Source: an uncultured Devosia sp.
Lineage (GTDB): Bacteria; Pseudomonadota; Alphaproteobacteria; Rhizobiales; Devosiaceae
DNA length: 64,000 bases
Assembly (NCBI GenBank): GCA_965651655.1
Contig: CBFGTF010000002.1
Span: 24,865-88,864, forward strand
Direction of reading: 5' to 3'
A model generated the notes under the pieces. It did not search any database. It had not been told where the DNA came from and worked only from the letters and a program-made list of their open reading frames with translations. The translations under genes and the position numbers were made by a program. Position 1 is the stretch's first letter; every line of letters starts with the position of its first letter. Positions 8,188 to 19,538 of this stretch are shown piece by piece.

Positions 8188-10599
8188 TCAGGTGAAATAG
8201 GCTGCGGCGATGAGGCCGGACAGCATGCCGATATCGCCGGCGAGGCGTTCAAGCCGCTCGGGTGTCATGTCTGCCGGTTCGGCAATCACCAGGTCGGTAT
8301 GAATCTGCAAGGCGAGCTTGGCGGCCGGTGAAAGCTGATCGTCGTCTATGCCGCCCGGCAAGGTCTCGACCTGCGCCCGCAGCTCGGTCAGCTGGAACAG
8401 CACCGAGCGCGGGTTGAGCGGATCGAGTACCAAAAGGTCCACGACGCTCTGGGTTCCGGCGCTGACCGAGTAGCGGCGGCGATGAGACATGACGCTGTCG
8501 CCGATTTCGAGCAGCATTTCGAGCGAGCCGTCGGGCGCGTCGGCCGATGTCAGCCAGGATGTAGCGCGAGCCATCTGAATGGCGCGCTCCAGCCGCCGTC
8601 CCAGTTCGAGGAAGCGCCAGCCGGCAAAGCGATACATGTTTTCATGCACGAGGCCGGAAAAGCCTGCCAGCTTGCGCAGCAGCACGGTCATGGCGCGGGT
8701 GGAATCGTCGCCGGTGCTGATGCGGGCGGCAAAGCGCCTTGCGGTCTTCTGGAGATCGTTGAGCGCCAGCCAGCCATCGGGCGAGAAGCGGTCACGGATC
8801 TGGCCGGCACTGTGCACGGCGCTGTCAATCGAGGCCAGCAGGCCCTGCGGCATGGCCTCGGTGGCGTCGACATCGATGGTGTCGAGGAAGGCGGCACAAT
8901 GGGTCAGGATCGGCAGGTCGGGCTTGGAGAGTTCGGCCAGCCGCGCATTATAGGCCCGCAGGATGCGCACCGTGGCTTCGCAGCGTTCGGCATAGCGCCC
9001 CAGCCAGATCAGATTGTCGGCGGCGCGGCTGGGCAGGCTTCCCGGCGAATTGCGCACCAGCTTCTGGCCTTCGCGCGGCAGCAGCGATACCGGCTCCACC
9101 GGCTTCGAGGAGAGCACCCAGACGTCGGCCGCCTGGCCACCGCGCTGCATGGCCAGTGCCGTCGTATCGGTGGTCGAGCCGACGCGGGCAAAGCCTCCGG
9201 GCATGATGGTCCAGCCGGTTTCGGTGCGGGCCGCATAAACGCGCAGGGTGATGGGCCGGGGTTCCAGCCGACCATCCGCATAGACGGGGGCTGTCGAGAG
9301 CCGTACCGGTTCCTGCCCGACATAGAAGCCGCCCTGGGCAGCGATGCGATCCTTGAGCTCGGATTTCTGTTCGGCCGTCATGCTGGAGCCCAGCGCGGTG
9401 CCGCGCAGATCGTCAAAGGGCAGGGAGGTCGAAAAGGCGGGGCCGATCATCAGGCCATCGAAATTGTCGAGCACGAATTCGCGCTCGGCGCCCTGGCCGC
9501 ACCACCAGGTGGCGATTTCGGGCAGTTCGAGCCCGGTGCCGAGCAGGTGCTTGCACAGGCGCGGCATGAAGGCGGCAAGGGCGCGGGTTTCGAGAATGCC
9601 GGTGCCCAGGGCATTGATCATGGAGATCGAGCCGCCGCGCAGCGCGTCGACCATGCCGGGGGTGCCGATATGGCTGTCGTAGCGCAGTTCGAGCGGATCG
9701 GCGAAGCTGGCATCGAGCCGGCGCCACAGCACGCTGACCGGTTTCAACCCGGCAACTGTGCGCACCATGACCTGGCCATCCTCGACCACCAGGTCCTCGC
9801 CTTCAAGCAGCATCAGCCCCAGATAGCGCGCGATATAGGCGTGCTCGAAATAGGTCTCGTTGAGCTGGCCGGGGGTGAGAATGCCGACGCGGCCCCCATC
9901 GCGGCGGGCCTGGGCAAAGAGCGTGTCACGGAAGCCCCGGAAGAAGCCGGCAAGGCGCTTGATATTGAGATCGGCATAGATGTCGGACAGGGCGCGGGTG
10001 GTGGCGACGCGGTTTTCGAGCGCAAAGCCGGCGCCGGAGGGCGCCTGGGTGCGGTCGCCCAGAACCCACCAGGCGCCGTCGGGGCCGCGGCCCAGTTCAA
10101 AGGCGCAGAAATGCAGGTAGTGGCCGCTGACCGGCTGAATGCCGACCATGGGGCGCAGGAACTCGCCATTCTGAGCGATCAGTTCGGGCGGCAGCAGGCC
10201 CTCCTGCACGAGGGTATTGTTGCCATAGATATCGGCAACGATGGCTTCGAGCAGTTCGGCGCGCTGGGTCAGTCCGCTCGAGATCTGCACCCAGTCGGCT
10301 TCGTCGATCAGCAGCGGAATATGGGCCAGGGGCCAGGCGCGTTCCTTGCCCTCGGCGCCGTCATATTTGCGGTAGAAGACACCGGCGTCGCGCAGATATT
10401 GATCGGCGCGCTCGAAACGGGCGGCCAGTTCAGTCGGTCCCAAGGCGTCGAAGGCCGACATGAGCTTGTCCCAGCCCGGCCTGATGGCGCCGGACGGGTC
10501 GATCATCTCGTCCGGCACGCCGGGCAGCAGCCGATAGCCAGCAATGATGCCGGGCCCGGCCGGGGGCTTGCCGCGGGTCTGGTGATTCCGCGAACTCAT
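8188..10599 (-). CDS. Circularly permuted type 2 ATP-grasp protein fused to an alpha-E domain
   Basis: DRTQAPSGAGFALENR, YFEHAYIARYLG, MPGGFAR; C-terminal alpha-E with WLGRYAER, LGRRLERA, NPRS. Confidence 0.92.
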   Translation of the reverse strand: MSSRNHQTRGKPPAGPGIIAGYRLLPGVPDEMIDPSGAIRPGWDKLMSAFDALGPTELAARFERADQYLRDAGVFYRKYDGAEGKERAWPLAHIPLLIDEADWVQISSGLTQRAELLEAIVADIYGNNTLVQEGLLPPELIAQNGEFLRPMVGIQPVSGHYLHFCAFELGRGPDGAWWVLGDRTQAPSGAGFALENRVATTRALSDIYADLNIKRLAGFFRGFRDTLFAQARRDGGRVGILTPGQLNETYFEHAYIARYLGLMLLEGEDLVVEDGQVMVRTVAGLKPVSVLWRRLDASFADPLELRYDSHIGTPGMVDALRGGSISMINALGTGILETRALAAFMPRLCKHLLGTGLELPEIATWWCGQGAEREFVLDNFDGLMIGPAFSTSLPFDDLRGTALGSSMTAEQKSELKDRIAAQGGFYVGQEPVRLSTAPVYADGRLEPRPITLRVYAARTETGWTIMPGGFARVGSTTDTTALAMQRGGQAADVWVLSSKPVEPVSLLPREGQKLVRNSPGSLPSRAADNLIWLGRYAERCEATVRILRAYNARLAELSKPDLPILTHCAAFLDTIDVDATEAMPQGLLASIDSAVHSAGQIRDRFSPDGWLALNDLQKTARRFAARISTGDDSTRAMTVLLRKLAGFSGLVHENMYRFAGWRFLELGRRLERAIQMARATSWLTSADAPDGSLEMLLEIGDSVMSHRRRYSVSAGTQSVVDLLVLDPLNPRSVLFQLTELRAQVETLPGGIDDDQLSPAAKLALQIHTDLVIAEPADMTPERLERLAGDIGMLSGLIAAAYFT

Positions 10600-10602
10600 G
10601 GC

Positions 10603-13600
10603 TCAGGTGAACCGTGGCGGCCGCCGAAGGTCAAGCGTCAGCGGGAAGTCATCCGCAGGCTTTTCCGGGCGAAGGGGGTAGGAGCCGGGTGTGTGGTTAT
10701 GGGGCACGAAGCGGGCAAGGCGGCGGGCCTCGGCCTCATTGCCATTGACCGGGAAGGTTTCGTAGTTGCGGCCGCCGGGATGGGCGACATGATAGGTGCA
10801 GCCGCCAATGGCCCGGCCGGTCCAGGTGTCGTAGATGTCAAAGACCAGCGGGGCGTGGACGGAAATGGCCGGATGCATGCCCGATGCGGGCTGCCAGGCC
10901 TTGAAGCGGACGCCGGCGGTGGACATGCCGTTGGTCCCCGATGGCCTGAGCGGAACCGGGCGCTGGTTGCAGGTGACGGTGTAGCGGGCCGGATTGTCGC
11001 TTTCGAGCCGCACTTCGATCCGCTCGACCGAGGAATCCACGAAACGCACGGTGCCGCCAATGGCGCCCTGTTCGCCCATGACGTGCCAGGGTTCGAGCGC
11101 CTGATGCAGTTCGAGCTTCACGCCTTCGACGCTGACTTCGCCGCAGAAGGGGAAGCGGAACTCGCGCTGGGCGGCGAACCATTCGGGCTCGAACTCGAAG
11201 CCATGCTCCTTCAAATCCGCCAGCACGCCCAGGAAATCCTGCCAGACAAAGGAGGAAAGCATGAACCGGTCATGCAGCGCGGTCCCCCAACGGGTGAAGT
11301 CGCCGGCAAGGGGCTTGGCCCAATAGCGGGCGATGAGGGCGCGGACCAGCAATTGCTGGGCCAGGCTCATGCGGGCATTGGGCGGCATTTCGAAGCCGCG
11401 GAATTCGACCAGGCCCAGCCGGCCGGTAGGGCCATCGGGGGAGTAAAGCTTGTCGATGCAGATTTCGGCGCGGTGTGTATTGCCGGTGACGTCGACGAGC
11501 AGGTTGCGGAACAGGCGATCGGTGAGCCAGGGCAAAGGCGGAATGCCTTCCCCCGGGCCCGGCACCTGGGCGAGAGCGATTTCCAGTTCATAGAGACTGT
11601 CGTGGCGCGCTTCATCGAGGCGCGGCGCCTGGCTGGTGGGGCCGATGAACATGCCCGAGAACAGATAGCTCATCGAGGGATGGCGCTGCCAATGCAGCAC
11701 CAGCGATTTGAGGAGATCGGGACGGCGGAGGAAGGGGCTGTCATGGGGCGTGGCGCCGCCGACCACGACATGATTGCCGCCGCCGGTGCCCACATGCTTG
11801 CCGTCGATCATGAACTTGTCGGCGCCGAGGCGACACAGGCGGGCCTCTTCATAGACGGCGCTGGTGGTGGCGACGCAATCGTCCCAGCTCGATGCAGGGT
11901 GGATATTGACCTCGATGACGCCCGGGTCGGGGGCGACACGGATGACATTGAGGCGCGGGTCGTGCGGCGGGCCATAGCCTTCGAGGTGAATGGGCTGTCC
12001 GATCTCCTTTGCCGCTGCCTCGGCCGCAGCAATGAGTTCGAGGAAGTCCTCGAGCTTTTCGACCGGCGGGAGGAAGACGCAGAGGCGATGCTCTCGCACT
12101 TCGGCGGTCACGGCGGTGCGGACCTCGCCCTCGATCTCGCTGATGACCTGCTCGGTGATGTCCTGCTGCCCGGTGGCAGCGGTGAAGCCGGCAGCGGCCT
12201 GGGCGCGCGGGTCGGTTTCAAGCCCGGTCTTCTGGCGCGCCAGGATTTCCTCGGGATCGGGCAGGGGGGCACGCGGCGCGCCGGGATCCATGGGAACCAC
12301 ATGCGGGTATTCGGTGGGCTTCAGGTGCTTGAGCGAACTGAGCGGCAGCCGATAGCCCGCGGGACTGTCGCCGGGGGCCAGGAACAGCTTGCCGCGGCGT
12401 GTCTTCCACTTTTCAGTCAACCAGGGGCTGGAGGCCTGGGCGTTCCAGCGCTGAACGGGCAGCACATAGCCGGTGGGATTGGTCAGGCCCCGTTCGAATA
12501 CCTTGGCGATGCGCGAACGCGCTTCGGGGTCCGCCAGCTCGGAATTGGCCGGGTCGACATTGGCGGGCAGGTTGGCTTCCTTGAGCAGCCATTCGCCGGG
12601 GTCCTCATAGGCCTCGTCGATGGTGTCGCCCGTCAGGCCCAGATTGCGGGCGAAGGCATCGAGGAACTTTCGCGCATCTTCGTGGGTGGCCCCGGTCTTG
12701 ACGCCTTCGCGGGCGATGAGGCTTTCGTCCCGCCACACCGGCTTGCCGTCGACGCGCCAATAGAGCGAGAAGGTCCAGCGCGGCAGGGTTTCTCCGGGAT
12801 ACCACTTGCCCTGGCCGTGATGAAGCATGCCATTGGGCGCAAAGCGGGCGCGCAGGCGGCGGATGAGGTCGTCGGCCAGCTTGCGCTTGGTGGGGCCGAC
12901 GGCACCGGCATTCCACTCATCGGCCTCGAAATCATCGATGGAGACGAAGGTTGGCTCGCCGCCCATGGTGAGGCGCACATCCTGTTCGGCCAGCCTGGCA
13001 TCGACCTGCTTGCCGAGGGCGTCCAACCGCTGCCAGCTTTCGTCGGAAAAGGGTTTTGTGATGCGCGGATGTTCGGCCACGCGGGTCACCTTCATGTCGA
13101 AGGCGAAATCGACCTCGGCGAAGGAGGCGAAGCCGGAAATGGGCGCGGCATTCCGGTAATGCGGGGTGGCGGCCAGCGGCACATGGCTTTCGCCGGTCAG
13201 CAGCCCCGAGGTCGGGTCAAGTCCGATCCAGCCGGCGCCGGGGAGATAGACTTCACACCAGGCATGGAGGTCGGTGAAGTCGTGGTCGGTGCCGGCGGGG
13301 CCGTCGAGCGACACGAGATCGGGCTTGAGCTGGATCAGGTAGCCGGAAACGAAGCGCGCGGCAAAGCCAAGATGTCTGAGGATATTGACCAGCAGCCAGC
13401 TTGAATCCCGGCACGAGCCCTTGCCATTGCCCAGGGTTTCCTCGGGGGACCAGACGCCGGGTTCGAGCCGGACAATGTAGTTGACGATGGTCTGGAGCCG
13501 CGCATTGAGATTGGTGACGAAGGTCACCGTATTGTGCGGGGTGCGGTCGATGCTGTCGAGGAACTGCCGGAGCAGCGGCCCGGCCGGCTCGGGCTGCATG

Positions 13601-13950
13601 TAGATGGAGAGATCGGCCCGGACATCTTCGGGATATTGAAACGGCCAGGTCTCGGCGCTCTCTTCGACGAAGAAATCGAACGGGTTGTAGACCGTCATGT
13701 CGGCGATGAGGTCGACTTCGATCTTGAGCTCGGTCACCGGCTCGGGAAAGACGAAGCGCGTCAGGAAGTTGCCATAGGGGTCCTGCTGCACATTGACGAA
13801 ATGCAGGGACGGACTGACCCGCAGGGAGTGGCTGAGCACCTTGGTGCGCGAATGCGGCGCCGGCTGCAGGCGAATGATCTGCGGCTGCAGGGTGACCGGC
13901 CGATCATATTTGTAGTGGGTCAGGTGATAGATGGCGGCTTTGATCGACAT
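10603..13950 (-). CDS. Transglutaminase domain fused to DUF2126 (putative amidoligase)
   Basis: [29 protein letters not shown]; [42 protein letters not shown]. Confidence 0.92.
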   Translation of the reverse strand: MSIKAAIYHLTHYKYDRPVTLQPQIIRLQPAPHSRTKVLSHSLRVSPSLHFVNVQQDPYGNFLTRFVFPEPVTELKIEVDLIADMTVYNPFDFFVEESAETWPFQYPEDVRADLSIYMQPEPAGPLLRQFLDSIDRTPHNTVTFVTNLNARLQTIVNYIVRLEPGVWSPEETLGNGKGSCRDSSWLLVNILRHLGFAARFVSGYLIQLKPDLVSLDGPAGTDHDFTDLHAWCEVYLPGAGWIGLDPTSGLLTGESHVPLAATPHYRNAAPISGFASFAEVDFAFDMKVTRVAEHPRITKPFSDESWQRLDALGKQVDARLAEQDVRLTMGGEPTFVSIDDFEADEWNAGAVGPTKRKLADDLIRRLRARFAPNGMLHHGQGKWYPGETLPRWTFSLYWRVDGKPVWRDESLIAREGVKTGATHEDARKFLDAFARNLGLTGDTIDEAYEDPGEWLLKEANLPANVDPANSELADPEARSRIAKVFERGLTNPTGYVLPVQRWNAQASSPWLTEKWKTRRGKLFLAPGDSPAGYRLPLSSLKHLKPTEYPHVVPMDPGAPRAPLPDPEEILARQKTGLETDPRAQAAAGFTAATGQQDITEQVISEIEGEVRTAVTAEVREHRLCVFLPPVEKLEDFLELIAAAEAAAKEIGQPIHLEGYGPPHDPRLNVIRVAPDPGVIEVNIHPASSWDDCVATTSAVYEEARLCRLGADKFMIDGKHVGTGGGNHVVVGGATPHDSPFLRRPDLLKSLVLHWQRHPSMSYLFSGMFIGPTSQAPRLDEARHDSLYELEIALAQVPGPGEGIPPLPWLTDRLFRNLLVDVTGNTHRAEICIDKLYSPDGPTGRLGLVEFRGFEMPPNARMSLAQQLLVRALIARYWAKPLAGDFTRWGTALHDRFMLSSFVWQDFLGVLADLKEHGFEFEPEWFAAQREFRFPFCGEVSVEGVKLELHQALEPWHVMGEQGAIGGTVRFVDSSVERIEVRLESDNPARYTVTCNQRPVPLRPSGTNGMSTAGVRFKAWQPASGMHPAISVHAPLVFDIYDTWTGRAIGGCTYHVAHPGGRNYETFPVNGNEAEARRLARFVPHNHTPGSYPLRPEKPADDFPLTLDLRRPPRFT

Positions 13951-14049
13951 GCAGTTTTGTCGCTCGCGTTAAGGCCACGGAATTCGACTTCCCGGAAAAG
14001 AGCTTAGCGGGGATTGGGAGAGAAGGATAGGCGGCAGTGCGCCCGTGTC

Positions 14050-15636
14050 TCAGGCCAGGGCATCGATCACCTGACGCTGCCGGAGCATTTCGAGGAAGAT
14101 GGCGTAGTCGCGATCAAACTGAGAACGGGCCGCCGGATTTGGGGCGCGGGCGGTGCCGCCCTGCTGCATGGCAAGACAGGCCTGGTCGAGGCTGGCGTGA
14201 AGGCCAGCGGCATTGGCGGCGACCATGGCCATGCCGAGCAGCGTTGCGTCCGGCGTCGATGGCTCGACCACGGTGCAGAAGGTCGCATCGGCATAAAGCT
14301 CCATCAGCAGCGGATTGCGGGTGTGGCCGCCGGTGATGTGCAGGGTATCGATGGAATAGCCCCTGGTGTTGAGGGTTTCCAGGATATGCCGGACCCCCAG
14401 GGCGATGGAGACACAGGTGCGCCAATAGAGCCGACACAGGGAATCGAAGTCGCTGTCGAGCGTCAGGCCGGAAATGACGCCCCGGGCAAAGGGGTCGCCC
14501 AGAGGCGACCGGTTGCCATGGAAATCGGGTAGGACATGCAGGCGACCGGCCAGCGCCAGGCCTTCGGTGGCGCGCAGTTCCATGACGCGGCGGCAGATGG
14601 CGAGGTGCTTTTCGCGGGTCGGCTCGCCCCCTGCGCCATGCCAGCGGATGATGTGGTCGAGCAGGGCGCCGGTGGCAGACTGGCCGCCCTCGTTGAGCCA
14701 GACGCCGGGCAGCACGGCGCCGAAATAGGGGCCCCAGACTCCATTGGTCGGGCGATCCTCGGCCGAAAGGGCCATGACGCAGCTCGACGTGCCGGCGATC
14801 AGCGCCAGGTGACGGTCGATGGTGTCGACATCGGCGGTGAAGGCGCCGAGCACGCCCAAGGCGCCGGCATGGGCGTCGATCAGCCCGGCGCCGACGCGAC
14901 AGGCGGTGGTGAGGCCAAGCTGGGCGGCAGCCGATGCAGTCAGCGGGCCAAGGTCCGCGCCCACGGGGCTGGCAAGGTCGGGCAGGGCGGCCTTTTCGAT
15001 CAGGTCGTCAAGCCCGACGCGGGCGAGAAAATCATGCCGCCATTTCTGATCGGCGTGGCCCAGATAGGTCCATTTGCAGGTGAGCGTTGATTGCGAGCGG
15101 GCCAGCGAGCCGGTGGCTTTCCAGGAGAGGAAGTCGGCCAGGTCGAACATCTGGCCGGCGCGGGCCCAGCTTTGTGGAAGGTGGCGCTTGAGCCACATGA
15201 GCTTGGGCACTTCCATTTCCGGCGACATGACGCCACCGGCATAGTGCAGCACTTCATGGCCGGTGCGGGTGCATTCATCGGCCTCTTCAAGGGCGCGGTG
15301 ATCGAGCCAGACGATAGTGTCCCAGCGGTCCTGGCCGTCGCTGGCGACGGTGACCGGCGCGCCATTGGCATCGCGGACGACAAGGGAACAGGTGGCGTCA
15401 AAGGCGATGCCGACCACATCGGCGGGGGCGGCGCTGGACGCGGCAACGGCTTCACGCACGGCGGCGCAGACCGCAGCCCAGATGTCCTCGCTGTCGTGCT
15501 CGGCGAAGTTGGCGTCGGTGCGCCGCATGGCAATTGGGTTTTCGGAACGGCCAAGCAGGCGACCATCAGGCGTGAAGACGCCGGCCCGGGCACTGCCTGT
15601 TCCCACGTCCACTCCCACCAGGAGGTTTTGCGACAC
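14050..15636 (-). CDS. FGGY-family pentulose (ribulokinase-like) kinase
   Basis: GVDVGTGSARA, FDATCSLV, PDFHGNRSP. Confidence 0.9.
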   Translation of the reverse strand: MSQNLLVGVDVGTGSARAGVFTPDGRLLGRSENPIAMRRTDANFAEHDSEDIWAAVCAAVREAVAASSAAPADVVGIAFDATCSLVVRDANGAPVTVASDGQDRWDTIVWLDHRALEEADECTRTGHEVLHYAGGVMSPEMEVPKLMWLKRHLPQSWARAGQMFDLADFLSWKATGSLARSQSTLTCKWTYLGHADQKWRHDFLARVGLDDLIEKAALPDLASPVGADLGPLTASAAAQLGLTTACRVGAGLIDAHAGALGVLGAFTADVDTIDRHLALIAGTSSCVMALSAEDRPTNGVWGPYFGAVLPGVWLNEGGQSATGALLDHIIRWHGAGGEPTREKHLAICRRVMELRATEGLALAGRLHVLPDFHGNRSPLGDPFARGVISGLTLDSDFDSLCRLYWRTCVSIALGVRHILETLNTRGYSIDTLHITGGHTRNPLLMELYADATFCTVVEPSTPDATLLGMAMVAANAAGLHASLDQACLAMQQGGTARAPNPAARSQFDRDYAIFLEMLRQRQVIDALA

Positions 15637-15675
15637 GCCGCCCTCTCTCTTTGGTCCGCGCGGACCATACTGGAG

Positions 15676-17151
15676 CTAGAGCGTGCCTGCCAAGTAGCGT
15701 TCGAGCGTGGCGGGGGTGCCGATGGACCAGAGCGAGGTCAATGCCTGGGCAAAGGCCGCCCTGAACGTGAGGGAATGTCCGAGCTCGCCATAGATGTCGG
15801 CCATGTCCAGCCAGGCGGCGGGGTTGTCCCGGGCCAATCGGGCCTGGGCAGTCAGGCGGGACCAATTGGGATCATTGGCTTCGATCACGTCGCCGCTGTC
15901 GGTCGTGCCGTAGCAATAGCGGCACCAGAGGGCGGAGACGAGCGCCAGCCCGGTGACGCTGTTCCCCCCGCGCACCCGGTCGAGGGCAGAAGGAATGATG
16001 AATTTGGGCTGGCGGTTGGAGCCATCGAGCGCCAGGCGCCGGACTGTGTCGCCGATCTTGGGATTGGCGAAGCGTCGTTCGCAGAGGGCGAAATAGTCGT
16101 TGAGATCGGTTTCGGGCACGGGCGGCACAACGGGGATGATCTCGTCGGTCTCGACTTTCTTGAGGAAGGCGGCGACGAGGGGGTGCTCCATGGCCTCGTG
16201 GACGAAATGGATATCCATAAGGCCCGCCGGATAGGCGATGGTGGCATGCCCGCCATTGAGAATGCGGATCTTCATGTGCTCATAGGGCGCGACATCGGGT
16301 ACGAATTGCACGCCGACCTTTTCCAAAGCCGGGCGGCCGGCGGGGAAATTGTCCTCCAGCACCCATTGCCTGAAACTCTCGCAGAAGACGGGCCAGGCAT
16401 CGTCGATGCCGAAACTGTCGGCGAGAAGTTTCTTCTCGCGTTCCGAAGTGGCGGGGGTAATGCGGTCGACCATGCCATTGGGGAAGGCGACCGAATTTTT
16501 GACCCATTCGGCCAGGGCCGGATCGATGAGGGCGGCGAGGCCGGCGACCGCATTCTCGGTGACATGGCCATTGCCGGGGATGTTGTCGCAGCTCATGACG
16601 GTGAACGGCGGAATGCCGGCATCGCGGCGCCGGACGAGGCCGGCAAGGATGAGGCCGAAGGCCGTCCTGGGGGCATCGAAATGGGTCGCGTCCCAGACGA
16701 TGTCAGGATGGGTGGGGTCGAAGTGCTGGCTCGCAGGGTCGATATAGTAGCCGCCTTCGGTGATGGTCAGCGAGACGATGCGGATGGCGGGTTCGGCGAG
16801 GCGGGCGATCGTTGCAGCGCTGTTGCCGGGCTGGAGATAGTCGATCATGGCGCCGGTGATGTGGGCCGTGCTGCGATCAGCTTCCTGCTCCACGACAGTG
16901 GTCAGCCAATCCTGGCTCTTGAGCTTTTGCCGCATGGCCTCGTCGGCCTCGCGCACGCCGGCACCGACCAGCGCCCAGTCATGGCCCTCGCCCAGATTGA
17001 AAAGGGCATCGAGATAGACGGCCTGATGGGCGCGATGAAAATTGCCAACCCCGAAGTGGACGATGCCGGCGCTAAGATCGGCACGGGAATATTCCGGCGT
17101 CGAGACGCCGCTCAGGGCGGGCAGTGTGGCGAGGGAAAGCATGGTGGTCAT
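15676..17151 (-). CDS. mtlK: Mannitol 2-dehydrogenase family protein
   Basis: HFGVGNFHRAHQA, SCDNIPGNG, PNGMVDRITP, KIRILNGGH. Confidence 0.92.
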   Translation of the reverse strand: MTTMLSLATLPALSGVSTPEYSRADLSAGIVHFGVGNFHRAHQAVYLDALFNLGEGHDWALVGAGVREADEAMRQKLKSQDWLTTVVEQEADRSTAHITGAMIDYLQPGNSAATIARLAEPAIRIVSLTITEGGYYIDPASQHFDPTHPDIVWDATHFDAPRTAFGLILAGLVRRRDAGIPPFTVMSCDNIPGNGHVTENAVAGLAALIDPALAEWVKNSVAFPNGMVDRITPATSEREKKLLADSFGIDDAWPVFCESFRQWVLEDNFPAGRPALEKVGVQFVPDVAPYEHMKIRILNGGHATIAYPAGLMDIHFVHEAMEHPLVAAFLKKVETDEIIPVVPPVPETDLNDYFALCERRFANPKIGDTVRRLALDGSNRQPKFIIPSALDRVRGGNSVTGLALVSALWCRYCYGTTDSGDVIEANDPNWSRLTAQARLARDNPAAWLDMADIYGELGHSLTFRAAFAQALTSLWSIGTPATLERYLAGTL

Positions 17152-17178
17152 GGTTGTTACTCGATGCCGGAGCTGAGC

Positions 17179-17295
17179 GCCTCCCTCCCCCTTGAGGGGA
17201 GGGAATGAGGGTGGGGGTTCGGGCGGTTCTGCGAGCGTTGAAGTTGTGACGAGGCCGGAACCCCCACCCCTTCCCCTCCCCTCAAGGGGGAGGGG
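17179..17295. repeat. REP doublet copy 1
   Basis: GCCTCCCTCCCCCTTGAGGGGAGGGAATGAGGGTGGGGGTTC, 36-nt spacer, inverted arm. Confidence 0.9.
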
Positions 17296-17327
17296 TACAA
17301 AGGAGCCGAGAACATGATGGAAGCCAT

Positions 17328-18332
<1,005 letters not shown>

Positions 18333-18381
18333 GGTTTAGTCCTCCGAAATCGGGTGATGGTGCGCAGACGGCAGGGCCTGC

Positions 18382-18498
18382 GCCTCCCTCCCCCTTGAGG
18401 GGAGGGAATGAGGGTGGGGGTTCGGGCCTATACGCGAGCGCCGGATCCTTGACAGGTCTGGAACCCCCACCCCAACCCCTCCCCTCAAGGGGGAGGGG
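18382..18498. repeat. REP doublet copy 2
   Basis: Left arm identical to copy 1; 36-nt spacer. Confidence 0.9.
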
Positions 18499-18520
18499 CT
18501 CAAGAATGCAATGGCCGTTC

Positions 18521-19351
18521 TCATTTCACCGCTCCGAAGGTCAGGCCACGCACCAGCTGCTTCTGGCTGAACCAGCCGAGCAGCAGGATGGGGGCGATGG
18601 CCAGGAGCGAGGCGGCGGAGAGTTTTGCGAGGAAGAGGCCCTGCGGCGATGAGAAGGATGAGATGAACGCAGTCAGCGTGCCAGCGCGGCCCGAGGTGAG
18701 GGTGATGGTCCAGAAGGCCTCGTTCCAGGCGAGGATGACGTTGAGCAGCAGGGTCGAGGCGATGCCCGGCACGGCCATGGGGACGAGGACGTGGACGATC
18801 TCGTTCCAGAGTTCGGCGCCGTCCATGCGGGCGGCTTCGAGGATGTCGACGGGGATTTCCTTGAAGTAGGTGTAGAGCATCCAGATGATGATCGGCAGGT
18901 TGATCAGCGTCATGATGATTGTGAGGCCATGCACCGTGTCGAGCAGGCGCAGGTCGCGGAAGATCAGGTAGATCGGGATCAAAACACCAACGGCGGGCAT
19001 CATCTTGGTGGAGAGCATCCACATCAGGATGTCCTTGGTGCGCCTGGTCGGCGCGAAGGCCATGGACCAGGCCGCCGGGATGGCGATGGCAAGGCCAAGA
19101 AGGGTGGAGCCGACCGAGACCAGGATCGAGTTCCAGGCGTGCTTGAAGTAATCCGAGCGGTCCTGCACATCCACGAAATTGTCGAGCGTGAAGGTCTGCG
19201 GCAGGAAGGTGGGCGGGGCGGCGATGGCCTCGGCCTCGGTCTTGAAGGCCGTGACGATGGTCCAAAGGATGGGTGAGAAGAGCAGGAGCGCCACGGCCCA
19301 TGCCAGGATGGTGAAGCCGACCTTGGTCTGAACGGATGCGTTGCGGGCCAT
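18521..19351 (-). CDS. smoG: Polyol ABC permease
   Basis: EAARMDGA loop, WMLSTKMMPAVG. Confidence 0.88.
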   Translation of the reverse strand: MARNASVQTKVGFTILAWAVALLLFSPILWTIVTAFKTEAEAIAAPPTFLPQTFTLDNFVDVQDRSDYFKHAWNSILVSVGSTLLGLAIAIPAAWSMAFAPTRRTKDILMWMLSTKMMPAVGVLIPIYLIFRDLRLLDTVHGLTIIMTLINLPIIIWMLYTYFKEIPVDILEAARMDGAELWNEIVHVLVPMAVPGIASTLLLNVILAWNEAFWTITLTSGRAGTLTAFISSFSSPQGLFLAKLSAASLLAIAPILLLGWFSQKQLVRGLTFGAVK

Positions 19352-19388
19352 TTAGCGAACTCCCCCTGTGACGGCATATTGGATAGAT

Positions 19389-19525
19389 ACCCCCACCCTA
19401 GCTGCGCTACGGCCACGGGGCCGAGCTTGGCTACCCTCCCCACAAGGGGGAGGGAGGGTAAGGAGCCGCGGCGACTGAGGCTTGCGCCTCCCTCCCCCTT
19501 GTGGGGAGGGAATGAGGGTGGGGGT
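19389..19525. repeat. REP doublet copy 3 (arms in opposite order, about 30-nt insert)
   Basis: ACCCCCACCCT-[insert]-CCCTCCCCACAAGGGGGAGGGAGG ... GCCTCCCTCCCCCTTGTGGGGAGGGAATGAGGGTGGGGGT. Confidence 0.85.
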
Positions 19526-19538
19526 GCTTCCCATATAC

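Noticed and set aside
8482-13404. 1640-aa plus-strand ORF
   Set aside because: Antisense shadow of two in-frame minus-strand genes in high-GC DNA; no recognisable motifs
15091-17208. 705-aa plus-strand ORF and similar long antisense ORFs (e.g. 34953-36689, 56577-58211, 1208-2725)
   Set aside because: Shadows of well-supported opposite-strand genes, explained by codon bias
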